Positions 44,164 to 59,101 of a DNA stretch of 64,000 nt are shown here, piece by piece; the stretch's first letter is position 1, and the number at the start of each line of letters is the position of its first letter. The notes under the pieces are model-generated. The model did not search any database. It saw only the letters and a program-made list of their open reading frames with translations, and was not told the origin of the DNA. Position numbers and translations under genes: made by a program. Source of the DNA: Candidatus Eiseniibacteriota bacterium (GTDB taxonomy: Bacteria > Eisenbacteria > RBG-16-71-46); contig CAVUWA010000010.1 of assembly GCA_963744995.1 (NCBI GenBank), positions 288,001 through 352,000 of the forward strand, read 5' to 3'.

Positions 44164-44621
44164 GCGTCGTCCGCGCCGCGACGCCGGCCGGGACCCCCGA
44201 ATGAATGAAGACGTCCGGTGCGCGTTGCACGCACCGGACGCCGCGGCCGAGAAAGAGGCGCCGCTCCCCCCTCAGGTCAGCGACGCTCTTTCCGCCCATC
44301 GATGGGCTTGGACGAGGGGCGACCCCGGGTACCGTTCTCCGCAGGCGCCGACACCGGTCACCCGCGATACCAGAAGGCCGCCCCCGTTTCCCATTCTGCG
44401 CATCCAGAGGGGCAGTTTTCGTGCCGTCGTCGCAGGCGAACTGGAACCCGCGCGGGCATCACACATAACCCCTTGCGCGCGAAAGCCGTTCGCGCCGGAG
44501 CCGCAGCCTGTTGGGCCCAAAGGAGCACTTGCCGGGGAACCCGCTCCCCTGCCAGTCTGTCACCTTGAAGCGGGTCCCCATGCCGACATATAGACAGGCC
44601 GCAGGTGGGAAACACACGGTC

Positions 44622-45788
44622 ATGACCAGAAAGACAGGTCCTTCTGCCGATTCCGGCGCCCGGAACCCCGCCGTGCTTCGCATCGAGAGCGATGAGATCC
44701 GGGAGATCCTCCCGCAGCTGATCGACGCGATGGTCGACGCCGTCGTGGTGCTCGACGCCAGCCGGCGCGTGGTCGCCGCGAACCGTCGCTACGTCGAGGC
44801 TTTCGGCATCAGCCGGCCCGACGTGCTGGGCTCGGCCTGCCAGGCGACCCTGCACTGCCCCGAAACCATCGACGGCACGCCGGAGGGCCACTGCACGGCC
44901 TGCCAGGCCTTCCACGCCGGCACGGCGATGCGTCGCGTGCGCACCGTGCCCTCGGGCAGCAGCGGCGCGCCACGGCGCTGGGAGGCGACCTTCAACCCGG
45001 TCGCCAATGCCCGGGGACGCATCACGCACATGATCGAGGTGTGGCGCGACATCACCGACCGCAGCCACCTCGAGGCGCAACTCTCGCACAGCGAACGCCT
45101 CGCCTCGCTCGGCAGCCTCGCGGCCGGCGTCGCGCACGAAATCAACAACCCGCTGGCCTCGGTGCTGGCGAGCGTCGAGAGCCTGCAGCGCTGGCTGCGG
45201 CGCACCGACCTCGACGAAGAGGCGCGCACCGAGGCGCGCGCGGTGCTGAGCGCGTGCGAACGCGAGATCGCGCGGGTTCGCGAGACCTCCGACAAGCTCA
45301 TGCTGCTCGCCCAGCCGCATTCGGTGAAGCCGGTGTGGGTGAACGTGGATCAGGCGGCGAACGACACGCTGTCGCTGCTCGCGAACCAGATGCGCCGCCA
45401 GGGCGTCGGCAGTGTGGCCGCGCTCGCCGGCAACCTGCCGCTCGTGTGGGCGAAGGAAGGCGCGATCCGCAGTATCTGCATGAATCTGATGATGAATGCG
45501 GTCCAGGCCATGCCGTCGGGCGGCACGCTGGAGGTGTCCACGCGGACGGACGGCCACAGGGTGATCATCGAGATCGCCGACACCGGACCCGGCATTCCCG
45601 ACGACATTGCGGATCGCATCTGGGATCCGTTTTTCACGACCAAGCCCACCGGTCAGGGCACGGGGCTCGGACTTTCAATCACACGCGGTCAGGTCGAGCG
45701 GCACGGCGGCTCGATCCGCGTCGAGAAACGCCTTGGAGGCGGCTCGCGATTCATCGTGGAGCTGCCGGTCCGAGGCTCCGGAGGCTGA
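44622..45788 (+). CDS. Cytoplasmic PAS sensor histidine kinase with four-Cys PAS motif
   Basis: PAS with C-x5-C-x11-C-x2-C, H-box AGVAHEINNPL, NAVQAM, DPFFTTKP, GTGLGL; start 44580 or 44622. Confidence 0.9.
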   Translation: MTRKTGPSADSGARNPAVLRIESDEIREILPQLIDAMVDAVVVLDASRRVVAANRRYVEAFGISRPDVLGSACQATLHCPETIDGTPEGHCTACQAFHAGTAMRRVRTVPSGSSGAPRRWEATFNPVANARGRITHMIEVWRDITDRSHLEAQLSHSERLASLGSLAAGVAHEINNPLASVLASVESLQRWLRRTDLDEEARTEARAVLSACEREIARVRETSDKLMLLAQPHSVKPVWVNVDQAANDTLSLLANQMRRQGVGSVAALAGNLPLVWAKEGAIRSICMNLMMNAVQAMPSGGTLEVSTRTDGHRVIIEIADTGPGIPDDIADRIWDPFFTTKPTGQGTGLGLSITRGQVERHGGSIRVEKRLGGGSRFIVELPVRGSGG

Positions 45789-45789
45789 G

Positions 45790-47145
<1,356 letters not shown>

Positions 47146-47380
47146 AGCCGGCGGCGGGGGCATGGAAGACCGCGCCTCGACGCCCCGGCGCCGGAGCGCC
47201 CGCCGGCGGCGCCCCGGATCGGCCTGCCCGGTCCGGGGCGTCGTCCTGTCAGGCTCGGCACCAGTCCTGTCACTTCGTCAGCGTGCCGCTTCCCGGCGGG
47301 CCCGGACTCCCGCCCAGGGCCCGCTGCCCAGCCGCGTTCCGTGCAACGCATTGCGCCCGTGACCGCTCGGGACCGCCCCA

Positions 47381-47396
47381 CGGCATGCGCATTGCA
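47381..47396 (+). promoter_or_regulatory. Putative sigma54 (-24/-12) promoter
   Basis: CGGCATGCGCATTGCA (GG-N10-GC); very close to ATG 47410, so the start or the promoter may be off. Confidence 0.5.
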
Positions 47397-47409
47397 GAGC
47401 AGGACGATC

Positions 47410-47829
47410 ATGCCGAGAGTCCTGCTCTGCCAGTGCGCGGCCTCCATGGAGCGCGAAATCACCGAAGCGCTCGCAGAGCGCGGGATTACCGTCACCTCCT
47501 GCCACGACGGGGAGCGGCTGCTCGAAGCGATGCTGAAGGACCACCCGGACGTCATCGTCCACGTGCTTCGCCAGGACCCTCGCGAGGACATGGGCGTGCT
47601 GCGTCTGGTCCGCCACGCCGCGCCCGAGGTGCCGCTGATCCTGCTCGCGGAGAACGGCTCGCTGGAGATCCAGCGGCAGATCATCGAACTGCGGCCGATC
47701 TTCTACGACGTGGTCCCGGTCGGCCCCGAGGACCTGCTGGACGCGGTGCAGGCCGCGATCGAGCGGGCCCGGACGGCGGCGCCCAGGCCGCGCGCGGGCG
47801 CCCGCGATCCGGCGCCGCCGCGAGCCTGA
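47410..47829 (+). CDS. Stand-alone atypical receiver-domain protein
   Basis: CheY-like pattern (RVLL..ALAERG..V...DGE.LL....HPDVIV..PEVPLILL) without catalytic residues; AGGA RBS. Confidence 0.7.
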   Translation: MPRVLLCQCAASMEREITEALAERGITVTSCHDGERLLEAMLKDHPDVIVHVLRQDPREDMGVLRLVRHAAPEVPLILLAENGSLEIQRQIIELRPIFYDVVPVGPEDLLDAVQAAIERARTAAPRPRAGARDPAPPRA

Positions 47830-47887
47830 CGCCGCGCTCCCGGGCGGTCCCCGCCCGGGTCCTTCCGCCGCGGGCGGGCAGGGCGCT

Positions 47888-48841
47888 CTAGTGCACCTGC
47901 CAGATCGCGGCGTCGTCCTTCGCGAGCCAGGCCTCGCCCGCCCCGAACGGGCGTGACACCCGCCAGGCGTCCTCCCGGGACTCGACCACGCGGAACAGAT
48001 CGCCCTCGTGCGCGGTGGCGACGGCGGCGCCGCCGGGCGTGCCGCGGAGGGGCACGCTCTCCGCGCGGGTCGCAACCCACTCCCCGCGCGGCTGAGCGAT
48101 GTTGAGCGACCAGTCGTAGTCGAGGAAGCCGATCGCATCACCGGACACGTCCGCCGGCAGGATCGAGTCCACGTACGCCCGCACGCCGCCGTGGGTCTGG
48201 AAATCCTGCGCGTACCAGTTGAAGATCTGCGAGAGCCAGAGCTTCTTCGCGCCCGGGTCGACGCGGTTGCGCGTGGTGTCGCTGAGGAACCGCTGCATGT
48301 TGACGCTCAGCGTGTGCTCGAGGTCGATCCGGTCGTAGGCGCGCGGCAGCAACGGCGGGCAGGACACCGCGGCGCACACCAGCGCGGTATGGATGCGCGG
48401 GTCCGGGAACTCGGTGCGGATGTGCTCGTGCTCGAGCTGGTTGAGCGAGATGTGCCGGCCGTTCATGCGCACGAGCGGCTCGTCGAACAGCGCGTGATGG
48501 TTCTCGGCCACGCTGTAGCCGGCATGCAGGCGTTCGATCACGGCGTGGATCACCGTCGCGTTGTAGAGGTTGATGTAGAAGGCGAGCCGGTTGTGGCCGC
48601 GGTGCTCCAGCGGATCCACGGCCGCCATCGAGTCGAGGTAGGCGTTGAGCCCGGCCCAGCGCGTCTCGCGGATCCCCAGATAGTCCACGCGGCCGTCGCG
48701 CACGTGGTCGCGCAGCACCAGCGTGAGGGGCCGGTGGTCGATCGGGCGCGCGGCGTGCGCCGGGCGGACCGCCGCCGCCCAGGCCAGCACGGCCAAGAGC
48801 ACGAGGAGCGGCAGCCGGAAACGTGGACCAGAACGCGACAC
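47888..48841 (-). CDS. Exported DUF547 protein with C-terminal SH3-like domain
   Basis: GRVDY, LAFYINLYNA, DPRIH.ALVCAAVSCPPL, LSQIFNWY..DF, YDWSLN; start approximate. Confidence 0.88.
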   Translation of the reverse strand: MSRSGPRFRLPLLVLLAVLAWAAAVRPAHAARPIDHRPLTLVLRDHVRDGRVDYLGIRETRWAGLNAYLDSMAAVDPLEHRGHNRLAFYINLYNATVIHAVIERLHAGYSVAENHHALFDEPLVRMNGRHISLNQLEHEHIRTEFPDPRIHTALVCAAVSCPPLLPRAYDRIDLEHTLSVNMQRFLSDTTRNRVDPGAKKLWLSQIFNWYAQDFQTHGGVRAYVDSILPADVSGDAIGFLDYDWSLNIAQPRGEWVATRAESVPLRGTPGGAAVATAHEGDLFRVVESREDAWRVSRPFGAGEAWLAKDDAAIWQVH

Positions 48842-49116
48842 TTGGGCCTCCAGTGGGTGAAATCGGAGTCGAACAGTATCCCCGACCCGGGCGGCCGGGG
48901 CCAGAACGGAGCCGCCCCTCACCCGCGATTTCAACGTTTCCTGACGCCGAAGGCTCCAACTCTCCGTGAACCCGCCCGGCCCCGGCAGGCCGGCGCCGCC
49001 TGGGCCCTTTCCAAGGCCCCTCAGGCGCGGCTCGCGGGCGATCGCTGCAACCCCGGAGCCCGTGCATTCGTAGCACTGGAAACGCGCCGGACCCCTTCCC
49101 CATGGAGAGCCGTGCC

Positions 49117-50238
49117 ATGAAATCACCCCGGTTTCACGAGCGAACCGCACACCGCGACGAGCGCCCGCTCGGCGGTCATGCGTCCCTGATCCTCGGCCTG
49201 TTCGTCGCCCTGCTGGCGATCGCGCTCGCCACCACTCCGTCGCTCTCGGCCGAGCGTTTCGAACTCCACGGCGACCACGTGGCGATCTACGATCTCGCCG
49301 GTGAGGTCACGCTCGAGCCCGGTGCCGGCAGCGCGGTGGTGGTGCACGTCGAGCGCGGCGGTTCGGATGGCGGACGGCTCGACGTCCGCACGGGTCCGAT
49401 CGGTGATCTGCAGACGCTGCGCGTGATCTATCCCGCGCGCCGGATCCATTACTCGAGCGGCCGCGGCTGGGGCTCGAGCTCGACGGTGCACGTCGGCCGG
49501 GACGGCCGCTTCGGCGACGAGGGTCGCAACGGCAACGCCGGCCGCGAGCGGGTGACGATTTCGAGCCGTCCGGGCGGCTTCGACGCCCACGCCGACCTGC
49601 GCATCGAAGTGCCGAAGGGTCAGAAGCTGAGCGTCTACCTCGCGGTCGGCGCGGCGACGGCCTCCAACACCGAAGGCACGCTGCGCCTGGACGGGGGAGC
49701 CGTCGCGGTCACCACACGCTCCACCCGCGGCGAACTGGTGATCGACGTCGGCTCGGGCGGGGTCGAGGTCAACGGCGCCGAGGGTGAAGTGAGCATCGAC
49801 ACCGGCTCGGGCGGGGTGGACGTGATGAAGGTGAGCGGCGACCGGCTGCTGGTGGATACGGGGTCGGGCCACGTGAGCGCGGCCGACGTCGACGTGCGAC
49901 GGCTGAGCGTGGACACCGGCTCGGGCGGCGTGGACCTGGGCATGGTTAGGGCGCGGGAGATCCTGGTGGACACGGGCTCGGGCGGCGTGGACCTCGACGT
50001 CGCGAGCGATCTCGAGTCGCTGGGCGTCGACACGGGCTCGGGCAGTGTTCGGGTGCGCCTGCCGCAGACCGTCGGTGCCACCGTGAGCATCGAGACCGGC
50101 AGCGGCGGGATCCGCAGTGATTTCCCCATCGAAGTCACGCAGAAGGACCGCGACAGCCTGCACGGCCGGATCGGCGACGGCCATGGGAGGATCGTCATCG
50201 AGACCGGCTCGGGAACGGTACGCCTGCTCAGGCGCTGA
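49117..50238 (+). CDS. Exported DUF4097 protein
   Basis: Signal/TM segment, eight (V/I)(D/E)(T/V)GSG repeats, C-terminal GRIGDG.GRI.IETGSG. Confidence 0.88.
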   Translation: MKSPRFHERTAHRDERPLGGHASLILGLFVALLAIALATTPSLSAERFELHGDHVAIYDLAGEVTLEPGAGSAVVVHVERGGSDGGRLDVRTGPIGDLQTLRVIYPARRIHYSSGRGWGSSSTVHVGRDGRFGDEGRNGNAGRERVTISSRPGGFDAHADLRIEVPKGQKLSVYLAVGAATASNTEGTLRLDGGAVAVTTRSTRGELVIDVGSGGVEVNGAEGEVSIDTGSGGVDVMKVSGDRLLVDTGSGHVSAADVDVRRLSVDTGSGGVDLGMVRAREILVDTGSGGVDLDVASDLESLGVDTGSGSVRVRLPQTVGATVSIETGSGGIRSDFPIEVTQKDRDSLHGRIGDGHGRIVIETGSGTVRLLRR

Positions 50239-50264
50239 GGTTCATCGAAACGGCCGCATGCGCG

Positions 50265-50295
50265 AACGCCGCACTCCCGGGAGGAGCGCGGCGTT
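50265..50295. terminator. Possible terminator hairpin between convergent genes
   Basis: AACGCCGC-A-CTCC...GGAG-C-GCGGCGTT. Confidence 0.4.
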
Positions 50296-50341
50296 TCGAC
50301 TGTCGGCGCGCCGGGGCGGCGCAACCGGCACGCGCCGCCGC

Positions 50342-53011
50342 TCAGTCCGTTGCGGCCTTCCGGAACGGCTGGAACCAGTTCTGGTCGAGCACGAGGCGGG
50401 AGGTCGAAGATCCCGATTCCACGTCCAGGGCGAACACGAACTCGGTGCCGTCGGGATTGACACCGAAGCGCGCCGACCAGCCGGCAATGCCCCGGTGGCT
50501 CATCCGCGGCCGGGTGAACAGCCGCCGCGGCTGCCCGAGCACCGGCGCGTCTCCCGGCGTCAGGTCGACCGCCATGACGTCGTCATCGTTGGCGTAGTAG
50601 AGCCGCCTGCCCTCTGCGCCCCACACCGGCCAGTCGCCGCCGGTCGTCGAGACCTGCCACCTGCCGTCTCCCGATGGAAACCGGCGCAGGAACACCTCGC
50701 TGTTCCCGCTCTCGTCGGACACGTAGGCGACGAGCCGCCCGCCGGGCGACACCACGGCTTTCGCCATGCCTTTGACGGGCAGGGTCGTGGCCTCGCCGCC
50801 GTCGACCGGCCGCACTTTCAGCTCCGTGCCGGGGAGCGCCGTGTAGAGCAGCGAGCGGCCGTCGGGCGTGAGGCTCGGGAACAGCGCCCCGCGCACCAGC
50901 GTGTCCGGCGCGCCCGAGCCGTCCGCCGGACGCCGCAGCGCGCACCAGCTGTTGTCCGGTGAACGGCCGTCGTACAGGACCGAGCGGCCATCCGGGCTCC
51001 AGCACGCGACGGTCTCGTTGTACTCCGAAAACGTGAGTCGGGTCTGCGTGCCGCGATCCAGATCGGCCACCCACAGGTCCGGCGCCACGCCCTCCTGCTG
51101 CTCGTAGACCACCCGGCGCCCGTCGGGGCTCAGCGCCGGCATGATGCCGCCGGGGCTTGCGATCCGGGTGATCGTCGAGCGGATCGTGCCGTCCGGTCCC
51201 GCGAGGACCAGGTCGGACTGGGCGGCGTTCTGGCCGGCCAGGAACAGCAGCGTCCCGTCGGCGGCCACGCTCGGGGAGTGCGCACCGGGTACGACGATGA
51301 ACGGCTCCCCCGTGACCTCGAGCTTCTCCAGCGAGAACGGGACCGCCCAGATCCCGGCGCTGGGGTCGTTGCGGCGGTAGAGGATGTGTCCCGTGTTCGA
51401 GTACACGGGATCGGAGAGCTGATGCCCTTCGACCTTGAGCAGCTGCCGGTAGCCGTGCCCGTCGAACACGTAGATGTTGTCGTAGGTGCCGCTCACCAGA
51501 TGCGCGCAGAACAGGACGCCGCGCCCACCGGTGAGCGCATACGGGTCATGGTAGTCCCCGATCACCGAGTCCGCCGGTGAAACCGAGCGTGGATCGCCAC
51601 CCACCGCCGGCACCTGGAGCAGGCCGTCGTCTTCGGCGCGGGACATGGTGATGATGCCGTCGTCCCCCCACGACGCGCCCGAGCCGTTGGTGAACGGACC
51701 GCTCGCGTCGCAGATCTGCCGCACCTCGCGGGTGCGCATGTCGACGGCCTGCAGCGTGGAGCCCGAGACGTAGCCGAGCTCGCTGCCGTCGGGCGCCCAG
51801 AACAGATGGCTGGCGCTGGTTCGCGCCGGAAGCGGGAGGCGGCGGGGCTCGGTCGAGTCGAGATCCTGGATGACCAGCGTGTCGGTCTCGAGCCACGCGG
51901 CCCGGCGTCCGTCGGGCGAGATCTGCGGCAGGCGGGCCGCGCCTCCCGACGGCAGCCGGAACTCGCGGTGCGGAATCATGGAGGTCTTCGCCGCACTTCC
52001 GTGCGGCAGCCCGCGCCCGAGCAGCAGCCCCGCAGCGAGCGCCAGTACGCCGATTCCGGCGGGCCACATCAGACGAGAGAGGGATGACCCCGGCGCAGCG
52101 GCCGGGGCGGGTGCGGCGGCCCCGGTCAACGAGGACGTGTACGGATCCGGCGCCCCGGTGATCTCCGCAGCGAGCACGATGCGCGCCTCGCCGATGTCGC
52201 GCAGGCGGGTGCGACGATCGCGCTGCAGGCAGCGCTCGAGCAGCAGGCGCACGCGCGGCGGCACCGAATCCGGCAGCCGCTGCCATTCGAAGTCGGCGCG
52301 CAGCACCGCTGCGAGGACGTCCGACACGGTGTCGCCTTCGAACATCCGCGCGCCGGTCAGCATCTCGTAGAGCACCACGCCGAACGACCAGACGTCGGCG
52401 CGCTTGTCCGCGGCCTGGCCGCGCGCCTGCTCGGGGCTCATGTAGGCGGCGGTGCCGAGCACGACGTTCGCCGCAGTCATGCCCGCGGTGATGGTCGGCG
52501 ACTGCGTGAGGCTTGGATTCGAAACGCCGCTCGGGTCCGACTCGAACGCCTTGGCGAGCCCGAAGTCGAGCACCTTCACCCCGCCTTCGGGGCCGATCAC
52601 CACGTTCGCGGGCTTGAGGTCCCGGTGCACGATGCCGTTCTCGTGCGCGTGCTCGAGTGCCTCGGCGATCTTGAGGCCGACGGCGAGCGCCTCGTCCGCC
52701 GGCAGCGGGCCGCGCTGGAGCCGCGCCGCGAGGCTCTCGCCCTGCGCCAGCTCCATCGCCAGGAAGCGCACGCCCTGGTCCTCGTGCAGGCCGTAGATCG
52801 AGGCGATGTTCGGGTGGCTCAAGGCCGCGAGCAGGCGCGCCTCGCGTTCGAGCCGGGCGAGACGTTCGGGATCGCGCGCAAGCAGCTCGGGCAGCACCTT
52901 GATCGCCACGCTCCTGCCGAGCGTGGTGTCGGTCGCCTTCCACACGACGCCCATGCCGCCTTCGCCGATGCGTTCGGTGATTTCGTAGTGGGCGAGGCGC
53001 TTGCCGATCAT
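50342..53011 (-). CDS. Hanks-type Ser/Thr kinase with TM and TolB/PD40 beta-propeller sensor region
   Basis: GEGGMGVV, VAIK, HRDLKPAN, DFGLAK, YMSPEQ; SPDGR repeats. Confidence 0.95.
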   Translation of the reverse strand: MIGKRLAHYEITERIGEGGMGVVWKATDTTLGRSVAIKVLPELLARDPERLARLEREARLLAALSHPNIASIYGLHEDQGVRFLAMELAQGESLAARLQRGPLPADEALAVGLKIAEALEHAHENGIVHRDLKPANVVIGPEGGVKVLDFGLAKAFESDPSGVSNPSLTQSPTITAGMTAANVVLGTAAYMSPEQARGQAADKRADVWSFGVVLYEMLTGARMFEGDTVSDVLAAVLRADFEWQRLPDSVPPRVRLLLERCLQRDRRTRLRDIGEARIVLAAEITGAPDPYTSSLTGAAAPAPAAAPGSSLSRLMWPAGIGVLALAAGLLLGRGLPHGSAAKTSMIPHREFRLPSGGAARLPQISPDGRRAAWLETDTLVIQDLDSTEPRRLPLPARTSASHLFWAPDGSELGYVSGSTLQAVDMRTREVRQICDASGPFTNGSGASWGDDGIITMSRAEDDGLLQVPAVGGDPRSVSPADSVIGDYHDPYALTGGRGVLFCAHLVSGTYDNIYVFDGHGYRQLLKVEGHQLSDPVYSNTGHILYRRNDPSAGIWAVPFSLEKLEVTGEPFIVVPGAHSPSVAADGTLLFLAGQNAAQSDLVLAGPDGTIRSTITRIASPGGIMPALSPDGRRVVYEQQEGVAPDLWVADLDRGTQTRLTFSEYNETVACWSPDGRSVLYDGRSPDNSWCALRRPADGSGAPDTLVRGALFPSLTPDGRSLLYTALPGTELKVRPVDGGEATTLPVKGMAKAVVSPGGRLVAYVSDESGNSEVFLRRFPSGDGRWQVSTTGGDWPVWGAEGRRLYYANDDDVMAVDLTPGDAPVLGQPRRLFTRPRMSHRGIAGWSARFGVNPDGTEFVFALDVESGSSTSRLVLDQNWFQPFRKAATD

Positions 53012-53146
53012 GGAATTCCCGATGCGGTGGGACGAGGTGGCGCGGGCGCCGTCGGGCCTGCCGCACGACGGTGCAGGCGCGCGCAATCTAGCATCCGGGG
53101 CACGCCCTGACGAACGGAAAGCGTTCCGCCGCCCGCATGTCGGATT

Positions 53147-54006
53147 TCATGCGCGATCGGCCGGTGCGACGGGCTCGAGCACGGCGGGGACCACGTGCGG
53201 CGCCTTGCGATCGGCGCCGCTCACGGCACGCGCCGCCAGATACGGCAGCAGGTAGCGCGTACGCCACCAGGCCTCGCGGGCGGCACGAACCAGCGGTCCG
53301 TCGCGGAGCGGCGGCTGCACCGGCTCGCTCCAGCGCGCATCGGTGCCGGGGAGCTCCAGCGCGTGCGCCAGCGCGGCCGCGATGCGCGCATGCCCCGCGG
53401 CATTGGCGTGAATACGGTCCGCGTTCCAGAGCCGGCGATCGGTCGCGACCGGGTGCGCGGCGAAATCCACGAGCCGCGTGCCGCTCGCGCGCGACACCGC
53501 GCGCAGCCGCTCGTTGAGCGCGAGGATCCGCGGTGCGATGCGGCGCGCGAGCGGCATCAGCGGCGTGAGATCGGGCAGCGTGAACGTGAGCACCGTCGCG
53601 CCGGTCCGGGCGAGCGCATGCTGCATGGTTCCCATGTCGCGGGCGAAGGCGTCGGCGTCAAAGTCCGCGGCGATCACGTCGTTGGTGCCCGAGAACACCG
53701 TGGCGAGGTCGGGCGCGAGCGCCAGCGCGGGTTCGAGCTGCGTGTCGAGAATCTCGCGCGTCGTGAGCCCGCGCACGGCCAGATTCGCGTAGAGCAGTTC
53801 GCCCTGCGTGTCGGCGATCCGCCGGGCGAGCCGCCGCGACCAGCCTCTGTAGCCGCCGCGGCCATCCGGGTCGATGTACCCCGCGGTCGAGCTGTCGCCG
53901 ATCGCGACGTAGCGGCCGAAGCGCGGGCGGCCGGCGGCCGGCGGCGCCGCGCCGGGCGCCGCAGCCGAGGTGGCGCCGGACCCCGCACCCGCGCCGGCGG
54001 TTTCGC

Positions 54007-54010
<4 letters not shown>
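53147..54010 (-). CDS. SGNH/GDSL hydrolase
   Basis: YVAIGDS, NLAVRG, GTND, DRIH; GTG start overlaps upstream stop. Confidence 0.9.
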
Positions 54011-56679
<2,669 letters not shown>

Positions 56680-56714
56680 GGGTGCCCGTTCGATCGCCCC
56701 GGCCCGCGACGGGC

Positions 56715-58532
<1,818 letters not shown>

Positions 58533-58707
58533 GCCGTCGACCTTACATGGCCGGCCCGGTGATGGAAACCCGCCGGAAACGCCGCCCCGCGCGCCGGAGC
58601 CCGGGCGCGGCGCGCTCCGTTCCAACCGCGGTATGCTGGCGGCGGACGCGCCGCGCACCCGCCGCCGATCCGTGCGCGCGGCGCGTACGCCACCCTGGAG
58701 TGAACAG

Positions 58708-59088
58708 ATGAGCGATCCGACATCCGTCGTCCGCGAGTTCTGGCGCCTCATGGCGAGCAACGACTTCGACTCGGTCGCCGCGGTGCTCGCCGACGACTTC
58801 GTGCTCGAGTGGCCGCAGTCGCGCGAGCGCATCCGCGGCGCGGCGAACTTCGCCCGGATGAACCACGGGTACCCGTCGCACGGACCGTGGCGCTTCACCG
58901 TTCACCGCATCGTGGGCGACGACGGCGAAGCGGTGTCGGACGTCACGGTCACCGACGGAACGCAGACCGCGCGTGCGATCTCGTTCTTCACGATCGCGGA
59001 CGGGAAGATCGTGCGGCTGGTGGAGTTCTGGCCGGAGCCCTACGCGGCGCCGGCCAACCGGGCGCACCTGGCGGAGCGCATGGAATGA
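58708..59088 (+). CDS. SnoaL/NTF2-like protein
   Basis: DDFVLEWPQSRERIRG..NF, AISFF....GKI....EFWPEP. Confidence 0.88.
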   Translation: MSDPTSVVREFWRLMASNDFDSVAAVLADDFVLEWPQSRERIRGAANFARMNHGYPSHGPWRFTVHRIVGDDGEAVSDVTVTDGTQTARAISFFTIADGKIVRLVEFWPEPYAAPANRAHLAERME

Positions 59089-59101
59089 GCCGGAGACCGG
59101 T

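Noticed and set aside
44164..44620. About 450-bp intergenic region as sRNA or small gene
   Set aside because: No convincing ORF, terminator or known RNA motif
49740..50110. Periodic DNA repeats (gacaccggctcgggc) as a CRISPR-like array
   Set aside because: In-frame coding repeats of the DUF4097 protein, degenerate at third positions; no cas genes
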